A stretch of 64,000 nt of DNA from Eledone cirrhosa. Lineage: Eukaryota. Below the pieces are notes generated by a model that was not told the DNA's origin, made no database searches, and saw nothing but the letters and a program-made list of their open reading frames with translations. The DNA lies in the NCBI GenBank assembly GCA_964016885.1, contig OZ024743.1, forward strand, positions 27,714,001 to 27,778,000. Direction: 5' to 3'. The position numbers were made by a program, and so were the translations under genes. Positions 1 to 12,409 of this stretch are shown here, one piece after another (positions within the stretch are counted from its first letter, which is position 1; each line of letters begins with the position of its first letter).

Positions 1-1200
1 GAATGAATATTAATGAACAACAACACTAATATCATGTGTAAGTCACACTAAGATAAAAGTATTATACCATATACCGACTAACAGATAGTTAAGAAATAAT
101 GGACCAACAGAATACATCCCATGCGAATGAAAGAAACTCGGAAGCATCTTTATCGACACAATATATTAATGCTTAAGGCAAAGCTAAATGCAAAATGTTG
201 TTAATAGGCAACATTGAATTACTTGTCCCAACAATATGTTATAATAATATTATTCACAACTGGGTGCTAAATTAATAGACAAAACTAGACATAAAATTAA
301 TCAGGGTAAACAATAATGCTTTTAGAATATAAATATTTCAAATCTGACAGAATGATTATATTAACAAGGAATTCAGGTCGTTGGGAGTTTTGTGCAACCA
401 GAAAACTATTATAGAATATCAAATACGACAATAAATATGTCTTGTAAATTGCAACGGAAGATTAATATATAACGATGCAAATGGGAATAATACGAAAACT
501 TGCTCCTATCTTCGAGGAAAGTAATAAATACAAAACAAAGGTTGTAATAACAAAGATTTTCAAGGGAAACGAAATGCAACTACAGAAATTCTGAAAAAGG
601 CCAACGAAGCTAAAATGCAGAAATGCATTAGTATATCAAATGATGGCTAGAAACGCTCCTCAATGACTAATAACTGGAATAAATAATAAACTAAATGCGG
701 TGGAAAATAGAGAATATCCACAATACATTCTGCGAAGCTCAAAACGCAGGGTTAAGACCAAAGAGTTTTGATTACCAGAAACCACCCAAATCGTGCAATG
801 ATGTAGAATATAATAAGTAAATACAGGATATGTGGGGAGTGGTGTGTCTCAATTAACCACATTTTCTCTGGGTATTCAGTCTTAACCACGAGATAACGCA
901 TATAAAGACATCTCGAATTTAGAACACTCATATAATACAATTTATGCAAATATAAAATACTGACAGAAAATTGGTGATTTAAGCATATAATTGACAATAG
1001 GTAGGAGAATGTCAGAAGACGATCATATTCTTGAATATGTCGTCTATACAGGCAGATACATCAATGTTAATCGGATAGATGCTGTAGTCAAGGATATCTA
1101 TATAACTACTAAACGTAAGTGTGACATTATCAAAATATATAAATCTTTAAATATGAATAGCCAGGACGTTGGCATTGATAATATAATAGGTAGTGGGTGA
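1..1200 (+). mobile_element. Possible heavily decayed Penelope-like element
   Basis: ORF 991-1200 resembles a GIY-YIG C-terminus (E.V..TG..I.....KD.Y...RK...I.I.K..NMN..D.G). An N.EYP..I.R-like thumb remnant lies near 700-750. Many stops. Confidence 0.35.
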
Positions 1201-3367
1201 CTAAATAGGATTCAAATAAACATACACACAAACTTCTAGACTTAGACACACAAAACACATTTAGAGCTATAGAAAAAACAGTGCACGTATCTGCTGTACC
1301 CCCCTTCCCCCACACACACTTACCAATGAATGCACCCGATAAAACATTAATAATTTATTTTAATTGCCAAAACAATAAAAATTCACAAAGTCATATATGT
1401 GTTTGAGTATAAATATATAGAGAGAAATGACACAAAGACAATATATAATTAAGTACTTAATAATCCGTTACAACGGATATTCTGTAACGTATAATCTTCC
1501 TTACTGTCATAAAGAAAATACAAATGAGAAGTTTGATATTCATACCTTTCCGTGTAGAATCTGATCTGGTTTAGTGCTTATCCGATACTGATAGAAAATT
1601 ATCTTACTGAATGAAAGCGCACATTTATAGATCATGATTACATGTTGCTGACTTAGATATCAGGATGGTTTGATTAATTATCGTTTCCTTTTATAGTGTG
1701 AGACACATCTAATGGCGACGACGGAACTTATTGCATTCGGGAACAATAGTTTAATATTATCTTGAAGTTCGCCAACAGAACTATACATCAAAAACAATCA
1801 CCTTGCCGACTAACGAAGATCAGATTTTCCACTAAGCATGTTAATTAATTTTGTGAAATTATTGCTAATGTCTTTGTATTATCTCTCATTTTCTTTCAGC
1901 GTCGCTAACAATTCCGTCTAAACATTTCTTTTCTTTCTTTAAGAAGAAATTTTGAAGTAATTGAGAATTTTTAGCGTATGTTCACATCATCATTTACTTA
2001 ATTTATCGAAATTTCTGTCAATTGCTCACATGTGATATAAAATTTAACTCATTAAGTTTTTATATATGAAAGATATCGTTATTCACGTCGTGGTATTAAT
2101 TGTATATAGTTGTTCTTTTGTCTAGGTCAGATCTGATTGAGCAAACCTATTAATATAGGTATTCATGTCATGAACGTATATAACATATTAGTTAGAGAGT
2201 TGGACTCATGATAATAAGGTGTTCGATTCCTAGACCGAGCATTCCGTTGTGTTCTTGCGCAAGATGCTTCATTACACTTTGCATGATTTAATTGGTGCCG
2301 ATACCTGTAGAATACCGGCGAAACATCATATGATGTGAACCCTTAGACGAGGCCAGCTAAACCGGCATAAGTTTGAGCTTTAAATGTCATTTTTCCCTTT
2401 CTGGAGAATCATTTTTGTAAGACTGCATTATCTATACTTTTCTCAAAATTGAAGGAAATATTTTGAGGGAGATTCAGTGGCTATCCTTAGCAGGTGAATG
2501 AACACGAAGCACATCAGCTCCCCGAGTGCTATGACGTAAGTTGTAAGTCGATTACAATATGACAATATAAGAGAGAAGTGGCAAAGTGCCAACTACATGG
2601 TGACATATCTTCATTGGTGGCAGAGTATCTCTTCAATCGTGTAACTGTAATTGAGCATGAGACATTGTTCACTGACCAATATGTTGATAATATCTCAATA
2701 CATGCGTATGCAATTATTTAAATACACACACAAACACACACGCGCACTTCTATATATATATATACGTTGCGAAAATCATTATATCTTAGTGATTCGAATG
2801 TATGTGAATCTAAAGAGAGTATGGAAATATGTATGCTTAATGTGTCAACAGTATATATATAGGAAAAGAGTCAGGACCACGACGGCTGAGCTTCGGCCGC
2901 TTCGACGGCTAAACATATATAGAGGGAGTTCGTCTGTTACAAATTATCGACTTTATATTTCTCCATTGAAAGGCGCCTCTAACACACATAGCCCTTTACA
3001 TTTATTAAACCGAAACAAATGTGGCATTAGTAACATAAAGTCTGAACAGACCAATATATTGTGTTTGCTAGAAGCTTACATCTAAATATTGGTACCCAGC
3101 ATAAATTCTCGTACGCTTCTAAGGCATAAATCTAAGTTTTTGTTAAGAAGTATCTTGTCATAGTTTTGCTAGTATTTCCTTTATTGATTTTGTAGAGAGG
3201 GAAACTGAATTCAAATATCTTGAACATATACATATAGATTTTTACTTAGTAGATAGAAAAGAGATACCACAATGAAATTTCTTCTCGACCACGTCCATTA
3301 CTCCAATTTATGCCAATCATATTAACAGACATTATAAGTTCTTTAACGGCTATTTGAACATCAGAAG

Positions 3368-3398
<31 letters not shown>

Positions 3399-3652
3399 CA
3401 AACGCACACATGTCTGTGTAATGCTCATCAACTTACGTTTTAATTCCATGAGAAAGATAAACACTTAATCAAACAACTCATCGTCAAAATCTACATATAT
3501 GTAGTTCACGTTGTAATTAGTACAAAAACTGAGGTAAAATTATTCTAAAGTGCCCAGTGAGATATTTATGGGACAGAAATGAAAAGGAATATAATATCAT
3601 ATCAATATCACCCCCCCACCCCCCGAGGTTAACTTTGCCTTTCATCCTTACG

Positions 3653-4104
3653 ATATATATATGAATGTATATAGAGTGTATTTTGCAATAATACAGTATG
3701 CTTAATTAAAAGCATTTTGAAGACCATACGCTATTGTTTTAAAATACTGACAATGTCACTTATTTAAATTTTCAGCATATATATATCGCTATTACGGAGC
3801 ACAAATTCTAATTTTCAATTTCTGCTGGAACGGCGACCGCTCTATATAATCAGTTCTTGATTATTACTGGAATTCTATAAGAATCCAACACACATAATTT
3901 TCAGCAAACAGGAGGAGTAGTGAGCTTTGATAAGTACCAAAAAATACGAAACAGAGCTCTGTCAGTTTATCTCCTCTGTTTGCTGAAAATTTAAATAACT
4001 GACATTGTCACTATTTTAAAACAATAGCGTATGGTCTTGAAAATGCTTTTAATTAAGCATACAGTGTATTGCAAAATACACTATATATACATTCATATAT
4101 ATAT
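3653..4104. repeat. Inverted-repeat insert in (TA)n containing an HHR
   Basis: Arms at about 3653-3778 and 3981-4104 are reverse complements. An inner stem ttttcagcaaacag/ctgtttgctgaaaa is also present. Confidence 0.85.
3922..3968 (+). ncRNA. Hammerhead ribozyme, U3-A8 core variant
   Basis: gagct TTGATAA gta ccaaaaaa tac GAAA cagagctctg TC agttt. All three stems pair, stem III is palindromic and the cleavage triplet is GUC. Confidence 0.7.
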
Positions 4105-4157
4105 AGCTATTTCAGGACACCAATTCTACTTTTATATATATATATATATATATAGTA

Positions 4158-4931
4158 CTAGCAGTAAAGCCCGGCGTTGCTCGGGGTCGCTCAGTAGCTG
4201 TGTTAAAGTTACAATGTTAAGTTTCTTTTTTGGCTTAAAAACTGTAGTGTCTACTGTGCAGACTTGCATGTGGTGTTTTTGATTAATATTCCCTCAACCA
4301 ACAATATGCCTTATGAAGTTAAGAAAACATAACGATAACCCGAATGTTATAACAAAAGAGGATGCTGGGGATAAAAACTGCACTGGTTATTTATTAACAA
4401 AGATCGAAAATGTAAACACTGCAACGCAGAGAAAAACATTAGCGTAACCAAATTATCAGTTATGTCTGTCTGCACGCCTATATCACCTCTCTGCACGACT
4501 GTCTGTCTGCACGCCTGAAATATTTGCTTGTTTTACGTAGTCTTTAAATAGACTTGTTTTCAAGTAAAAATATTGTTTTAAAATGCTTTTAAATGGAAAT
4601 GAAGCAAAACGGAAGCTTAGTGTTCGAATGTTCGTGTATCGTGTTAATGTCATTTTAAACGCTGAGAAAGCCAGCGTAATTTTTTACGTAAGACGCTCAA
4701 TGTAAACAGAACAAAGGGAAATAACTGATAACTTACGCTCAAAAATCGATACATTATATTCGATTTCGTCACATAGGGTGGGTCAATTTGAAATTTTTTT
4801 TTTCCGATGTCTTCGCTAGGGCTCAATGTACAAGTATAGCAATTTCGGTGCAATTCCGTGAGAGATTCTAAGAGGAGATGTGTGCCAAAAATCGATAGAC
4901 AGACAGACAACCACAGTTTTATATATATAGA
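4158..4931 (-). mobile_element. Non-autonomous Helitron
   Basis: Minus strand starts TC(tatatatataaaactgtgg) and ends with hairpin cccgagcaacgccggg followed by CTAG. Inserted between A and T. (TGTC)n lies near the 5' end. Confidence 0.85.
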
Positions 4932-5240
4932 TATATATGTATGCGTGTGTATATATACATATACATATATATATGAGAAAGTGATATCCTTGTTCGATCA
5001 TTATACCAGAAGCTTATTTTTTTAAGCAGACACTATTATTGATTTAGGTGTCGCAGAAACCCTGTACTGGATTATACCATAATTTCCAAGGGTCCGGGTA
5101 AATATTTCATTCATTTATTTTGTTTGTCTCGTATAGCTTGCTTCGTTATTTTGGCTTAGGTGATTGATGGAGCGCTTGCGAACACAAATCGGAAATTGCG
5201 TGTCACTTATTTCTACCCGCCACGATGCGATTCTCGCTGA

Positions 5241-5279
<39 letters not shown>

Positions 5280-5685
5280 TATCAGAGATAATGTTACCTT
5301 GGAAATATTTATTAGTCATAATGTATTTCGGATGTAACATCCAGTATCAAGAGAACAGGTGGAAATCTCTCAAATGTTCCGGAGAACGTTTCTGTGATTC
5401 TTTGTAGTTCGTTTTTATACAAAAATGGCCTAACTACTAAATATGGTGAAATATTTAGTGAAATCTATTGTTGTCTTTTGACATTGTTATTTTATCCTAC
5501 TATTTCCACGTTTATATTTCCTATTTGGTACACTTTATAGACACACAGACACACGCATACATACATACATGCATACATATATATATACGTATATATATAT
5601 ATACATAAATATATATATATATATCGTATATATATATAGTACATATACTGGAATTGAACTATCAAGACCGTACATCAACTCATGT

Positions 5686-5749
5686 ATTTTATCTGATGAG
5701 GACGTACTGAAAAAACACCACAGTACCTTCGAAATATATATAATAAAAC
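5686..5749 (+). ncRNA. Minimal hammerhead ribozyme in a solo pLTR-like insert (about 5640-5890)
   Basis: ttttat CTGATGA ggacgtactg..cagtaccttc GAAA tatata TA ataaaa. Confidence 0.8.
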
Positions 5750-5890
5750 ATATATTTTGTTTATATGAATGTTTTCATTTATTAATATTTTGAATAATAT
5801 TAATAACTCTAGAAAACTTTCTTGTAGAGTGCTTTTAATCTATTGTAAATCTATATTCATTGATTAATCAATGAACCATATTAATCTTAG

Positions 5891-5930
<40 letters not shown>

Positions 5931-6800
5931 ATGTCACTCTTCAGCGCTACTGGTAACATGAATGGCTCGACTAAGTCATCTAAGTGAAATCTTTCTAATT
6001 TTTTCACCCCAACTTTTCAGTCGTAATTTATCTTTCTATTATTTTTCCGATCGAGGAAAACAACGTGGACGAATTCTGAAGAAACAAATCAAAATAACCT
6101 GAGTTACCGCCCTTTTTTTAATGTAGGCACGATTGTAAATTAACGCTTGCGGGCCGCCTATCTCATGCGGCCCGCTTCTCGAAAAATGTTGTCCATGCCT
6201 GGTCTAAAAGGTGCATCTCTCTTCTCATAGTTATGCACACCTGTCCCCACAAAATTCCATCTCACAATTTGGTACATTTATATTTTTATACTTTATTTAA
6301 GACCACACTAAAGAAAAATTACTAAGCTAGCATCTTCCACTACACAGCTCACATTACCATATTACGTGAGAAGTCATACCACCATACAATCCTTTACACC
6401 ACTTTTGATATGCTTAGCGACTATTTTTATTAATCGCATATAATTAAATTTAATTTTACACATTTGTGATCCATTACGGCTTAAATAGGTTCCTAATTTG
6501 CCTTAAACAGGTTTCTAATTGTTCTTAATTGTAGCACCGGCACTTATTACCCTTCTTGTTTAGAATGCCAGTGATGCAAAAAACTAATAGCATGAGTGAG
6601 CTACAAACTTTCTTCCAAAGTATTGGAAAGGTTGTACCCCAAAACATTTTTCCATTACTCAGTTTTCACAAGTGGTTTTCATTTTGTAATAATAGAGTGA
6701 TGTAACATTTATTTAGGACGAATTAAAAATGAGCAATATTTAAATGTTTTGTGAGTTCATAACCCAGTGCATGCCCTTCGCAAATTTTCAATGTGAAATA

Positions 6801-7002
6801 ATGATTTCTATGAGGTACAAGGCCAGCAATTTGGTGAGAGGGGAAAGTCGATGAAATCGATCTCAGTGCATTACTGGTGATTTATTTGATCGACCCCGTA
6901 AGGATGAAAGACAGAGCTAACCTCGCCGGGATTTGAAATCCTAAAGGGCCATAATTCTATGCCACGAAGCATTTGCTCCGACGCTCTACCAATCCACCAC
7001 CC
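6801..7002 (-). mobile_element. Same SINE family
   Basis: Same core sequence, diverged. Confidence 0.72.
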
Positions 7003-7681
7003 TTGTTCAATATGAGTGTTAGTTAGGGTAAAAAATATTGTTTAGAGAATAAATAATTCAACAATGACACTTGCAAGTGAAAAGATGAAGATACTAGATA
7101 TTAAACCCATTGCCATACACTACAGACAATACTGCCAATCAGCTTTTACAGTTCTTGTTTGCTAGTGTATCCGATTATCTGCTTATCTCCCTTTTGATGT
7201 ATTTATTAAATTTGTTCTTTTGTGTGTAGATTTTACTGTAAACTATAGTTGTTGTAACAACGTCCACTTTGTGGAAGACTGCTTTTAGCCATTCAAAACC
7301 GAAACACACACAAAATACGGTTAAATCATTTTAAACGAATCAGCGTTCACCAGAGATTTGTAGCCTACCTGAGACTTTCGAAATTTCGGAATATCATATA
7401 CATATGTAAATACACACATACATATGTAAATACATACATGATGGCTGCCCCCTCGTTATCGAGTATGGCCATTGCATGATATACCATTATTAATAATTAT
7501 TAATTAATTCTATCATGCAAAAGATATTTTTTAAAGTGAGGAAAGAATGTGCACAGAGCCAATCTCACTCTCTGAGCGACAATAGCGATAACCTGAAAAG
7601 AAGAAAATATCAACATCATCGGTAACTACATACATACATATATACATACATATATACATACATACATACATAAATACATAA

Positions 7682-7721
<40 letters not shown>

Positions 7722-8355
7722 ACACATTTATATACACATTTCCTACGCATTTATTCACTGTACGTTTAATTACATTAATGTATAGAAATCTATGTTATGG
7801 TTAATTCGGCCTAAATAATTGTTACATTAATCCATTACCGCAAAAAGAAAGCCATTTGTGAAAACTAAATAATGGGAAAATTTACTATGAAATACATTTG
7901 ATGTCTTTCAGTGCATTTTGTTAATAGGTTAATGTTAAACAACTGTAATTATATTGTAGAGTACTACAATAGAGAAACTTTTACTGCGCTCGGTGAATGA
8001 TTCTTCAACTATTTTTCCCTCTATGTGTATAATTCATACATGAAAAGCCACGTGGGGGACAGATAAAAATTGCACCACAAATAAAGCTTCCTGTATGTCT
8101 ATTTCATTCTGGTACAAGGGACTAGGAGGTCAATGTAAACATTTAATAATATGTATTTGTTCCGTGCATCAAAGTGTTTGGCGCATGAAACCGAGCAGGA
8201 AACAGCACAGAACATCTAAAGACCCACTTAGAATTCTTTCCTCTTACTTATAAACGATACGATGTCTATCAATATACCATGGTTCTAGAGTAAAGTTGAT
8301 ATTTATTTAGCATTTATATGTATATGTTTGCACGTGGATTCTGACTGTATTTATG

Positions 8356-8410
<55 letters not shown>

Positions 8411-8449
8411 CACACACACACACACACACACACACAGATGAGATAGATA

Positions 8450-8735
8450 GATTTCTTTATTAGCCACAAGGGTGCACAAAAAAAGGGGACAAAACAAAGA
8501 CACATGCCGGGGATTTTACATACAATCGTGTAAAAATAAGAAACAAACAAATATAACAATCGAAATACCCAATAGGGGGGATGCGCCACAAATGGGTTGT
8601 TTAATACACCGTCGATAGAACAACCCTCAACTTCAGGAGCGTGTTGAGCAAGTGCTCCTTTCTTCCTTTTGCTCTCTTCTTCAACCTACAGGTTTATATT
8701 CAGAGAAGGCCCAATCACTCGGGCCATTTTCGGTG

Positions 8736-8736
<1 letters not shown>
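8450..8736 (-). mobile_element. 3' end of a non-LTR element inserted in (GATA)n, possibly Tx1-like
   Basis: Minus strand ends aataaagaaatctatctatc. (GATA)n flanks both sides. Confidence 0.45.
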
Positions 8737-8804
<68 letters not shown>

Positions 8805-9123
8805 TTGATATAGATATATATATATCTACTTATAAGACCTGAAATCTCATGGACTCATATAGGGGCCAACATTATATTTAAACAAGACGGAGCTCATTCT
8901 TCTTAAGGTGTGAATATAGTCAATTTCTTTCAGAGATAACAAAGACGTGAGAAGAGGAAGAATCAACCCCACTGATGGGTTTATATGTCACAGTCGAAAG
9001 TATTAAAGACCAAGCTCACCTCAGTCTGGTTTGAAATTAGAATGCAGAAAGACAGAATACATGACATGTATGTATATATAGTGATATAGATATATAGTGA
9101 TATAGATATATAGTGATATGTAT

Positions 9124-9298
9124 GTTTATTGCAATAAATTTTCTATTGCTGATTTAATCATATAGAGTTAATATTTCAGCATTAGCGGACCCCCTCACAC
9201 AGACTTACACACAAATAAGATATTGAGGGGGTCCCGCTAATGCTGAAATATTAACTCTATATGATTAAATCAGCAATAGAAAATTTATTGGAATAAAC
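9124..9298. repeat. Inverted-repeat insert
   Basis: Arms 9124-9196 and 9223-9298 are reverse complements, separated by a spacer of about 26 bp. Confidence 0.85.
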
Positions 9299-9304
9299 AC
9301 CCAT

Positions 9305-9719
<415 letters not shown>

Positions 9720-10530
9720 TAAATAGATGAACACAAACAAAACACGAGATAAATTTACACAGTTATATTAGGTATGCATAGATATATATAACTGAAATCA
9801 CTCAAGCATATCTTATTTAATCTCTTAACTAAATTAATATAAACTAGCTTATACTCTCTTTTTGTTTTCTATTAACATGCCATGGGACAGAATCGTATTC
9901 TGTATTCTATTTATCTGTAAACAAAAAACATTTGCTTTAAATATTTTTTCTATTTACTTTGCAGTTATGATATTTTAATGTTATTTCATTGAAAACATGG
10001 CATGAATACATAAATGTATCTGAATTAAAATGCATCCTCCGTCAGTTACGGTGATGCATACACCAGTTGGTGTTTGAATGGAAGTATTTATTCATTGAAA
10101 TCATAGTGCAATTAGCTGAGTATTCCTTTACGGATAGACATTGATAGTGACATTATTTAGAACCAAAGCATTATTTGTTGATATATTATCAAGGTTTTTC
10201 TATCCTATGTGTCACTTTTTTCAAATGTAGTGTAACTTTTTTTATGTCATTCAATGTTTTCTTTAAGAATGAGTGTTTGAGGGATATTCAGCTGCCATTT
10301 CTAGTATGTTGGTTGGTCATATTAAGGCTTCCAGAATGATTCACGAGGAAGAGTGGGACAATGTTACTCCTTTGACGGGCTTTCAGGGAGCTTTTGTCTA
10401 CACAGCTTCCTTAACAACGTTTTAACTGACCAAATGCTACTGCAGAAGACACCAACATTACTGCACAATTGTATCAAACCCGGTGCATTAAGACTGCAGC
10501 GATACGTATTTCCGACCCACTCAGTTATAA

Positions 10531-10575
<45 letters not shown>

Positions 10576-10582
<7 letters not shown>

Positions 10583-10786
10583 GTGAGGTTTTTTTTCCAA
10601 AATGAAAAATAACCGAGGTGTCCTACACGAGTGAAAGTATAAAGAAAAAAAGATGAAATCGAAAATGCAACTGGAGTCTTATTTAAAAAATATATATATA
10701 TATTTATTTGGTTCCTTTACCGGTTTCGAAGTTCTTCTGCTTTTCAAAAGTAAAGTTGAGATGAAGGGTCTGTGGTTTTTCTCACA
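10576..10786 (-). mobile_element. Short (about 210 bp) copy of the U3-A8 HHR family; HHR at 10715-10750
   Basis: Reverse complement of about 37231-37438, flanked by (TA)n/(CA)n. Confidence 0.85.
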
Positions 10787-10789
10787 CAA

Positions 10790-10867
<78 letters not shown>

Positions 10868-10890
10868 TGTATATATATATATATATATAT

Positions 10891-11078
10891 AACGAAGGAG
10901 TTGTGCTAAGGAACAAGATGGACCAGAACGCACCAGAGTACTCAATATTTAGGGTAGTAGAGTGGGTAATAGGAAAATGTATGACCCCGACGGCAGAGCT
11001 GAAGCCGTGTCGACGGCTATTTCCAGAAATAGCCGTCGAAACGGCTTGAGCTCTTCCGTCGAGATCATACATTTATCC

Positions 11079-11080
<2 letters not shown>
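10891..11080 (-). repeat. Fold-back insert of the ccttcgtt family, carrying the 3' half of an HHR
   Basis: Palindrome centre about 11024; GAAA cggc..gccg TC ggggtc. Homologues at 2860-2912, 18543-18735, 20965-21095, 37549-37662, 62894-63035 and 63217-63343. Confidence 0.8.
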
Positions 11081-11105
<25 letters not shown>

Positions 11106-11111
<6 letters not shown>

Positions 11112-12352
11112 TAACAGATTAAAGTTTAAGCAAAGAATCGCTGCTTTCACCCTTAACGGGATCCTCTGAAACTAACAAAGTCAATCTGTAAACGCAGAAC
11201 TGGATATTTCAAAAAACGTTGCAACCGGAGGAAGACAGGGAGACTATACTTTGGTTCGTGGAAACGTTCGCTGGCTAAGAACGGGTACGACATTAATAGG
11301 AGCGGTGAAAAACAATTACGCGCAAAGACAGAACCACGTTTATGGTATAATAGAGGTCGTAGACTAATGTTCTCTTAGGTGGTGCATAGAGACGTTCTCT
11401 GGCGATGAACGAAAAAAAACGAAGATAAGACGTCATTTGGTTGACTTACGTCTCCGAACATTCGTGTATTTACATGTAGGTATGTGTGTGCGCTTGTTAT
11501 ATACGTATTTATTTATTTATATACGTTTATATAATTATTTATTTGTATACACGCTTACACACACACACACACATATTTATATGTGCGTGGTTTTGTTTAC
11601 CTATGGTAAGTTTTTGCGTATGCTTGTGTATGTTCGTTTCTGTTTGCGTGTATGTATTTATTTATTTCTATTACTTCTGTATTGTATTTATTTACTTTGT
11701 TCTTAACTCCGTAGCGGAGATTCATTCGGTCTCCTAGTTAGAATTTAGTCTACGACTTCTGCTATACCATTTACGTGGTTTTGTCTTTGCGTGCTATTGT
11801 TCTCCACGCTCCACATATGACGTATTATCTTGGTTTTTTCGTTCATTGCCAGAGAACGTCTCTATGCACCACCTAAGAGAACATTAGTCTACGACCTCTA
11901 TTATACCATAAACGTGGTTCTGTCTTTGCGCGTAATTGTTTTTCACCGCTCCTATTAATGATGTATTCCGAGGTTAACTTTGCCTTTCATCCTTACGGGG
12001 TCGATAAAATAAAGTACCAGTAATACACTGGGTAATTGCTGGCCTTGTGCCTAACGTAGAAACAATTATATTCGTTTTTTCCCGTTCTTAGCCAGCGAAC
12101 GTTACCACGAACCAAAGTATCGTCTCCCTGTTTTCCTCCGGCTGCAAAGTTTTTTGAAATATCCAGTTCTGCGTTTACAGATTGACTTTGTTAGTTTCAG
12201 AAGATCCCGTTAAGGGTGAAAGCAGCGATTCTTTGCTTAAACTTTAATCTGTTATTTTAATAAATATTTTCTCTGCGGTTCTTATATATTTGATATATAT
12301 TTATCCTTATCGAGCCCTCTTTGGATTTTAGTCTTCAAATTTATTATTATTA
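11106..12352 (+). mobile_element. pLTR-like element with an approximately 330 bp inverted arm, an HHR-like motif at 12194-12242 and a SINE inserted in the right arm
   Basis: 11106-11440 is the reverse complement of 11815-12260, excluding the SINE at 11967-12075. Motif gttt CAGAAGA tccc gttaa gggt GAAA gca..tgc TT aaac. Fragments at 16470-16575 and 31022-31088. Confidence 0.8.
11967..12075 (+). mobile_element. Same SINE family, 5'-truncated, interrupting an inverted arm
   Basis: Core is present here and absent from the mirror arm at about 11286. Confidence 0.8.
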
Positions 12353-12353
12353 C

Positions 12354-12387
<34 letters not shown>

Positions 12388-12409
12388 TATAAATGCTATA
12401 TATATATAT

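Noticed and set aside
5318-5360. HHR-like motif on minus (ggatg/catcc gaaa); similar cases at about 19214-19255 and about 31570-31632
   Set aside because: Core or stem I is too degenerate to call. Probably decayed pLTR ribozymes.
6140-6205. hAT-like terminus ttgtccatgcctg with a gcgggccgc/gcggcccgc hairpin
   Set aside because: No partner TIR or 8 bp TSD was found.
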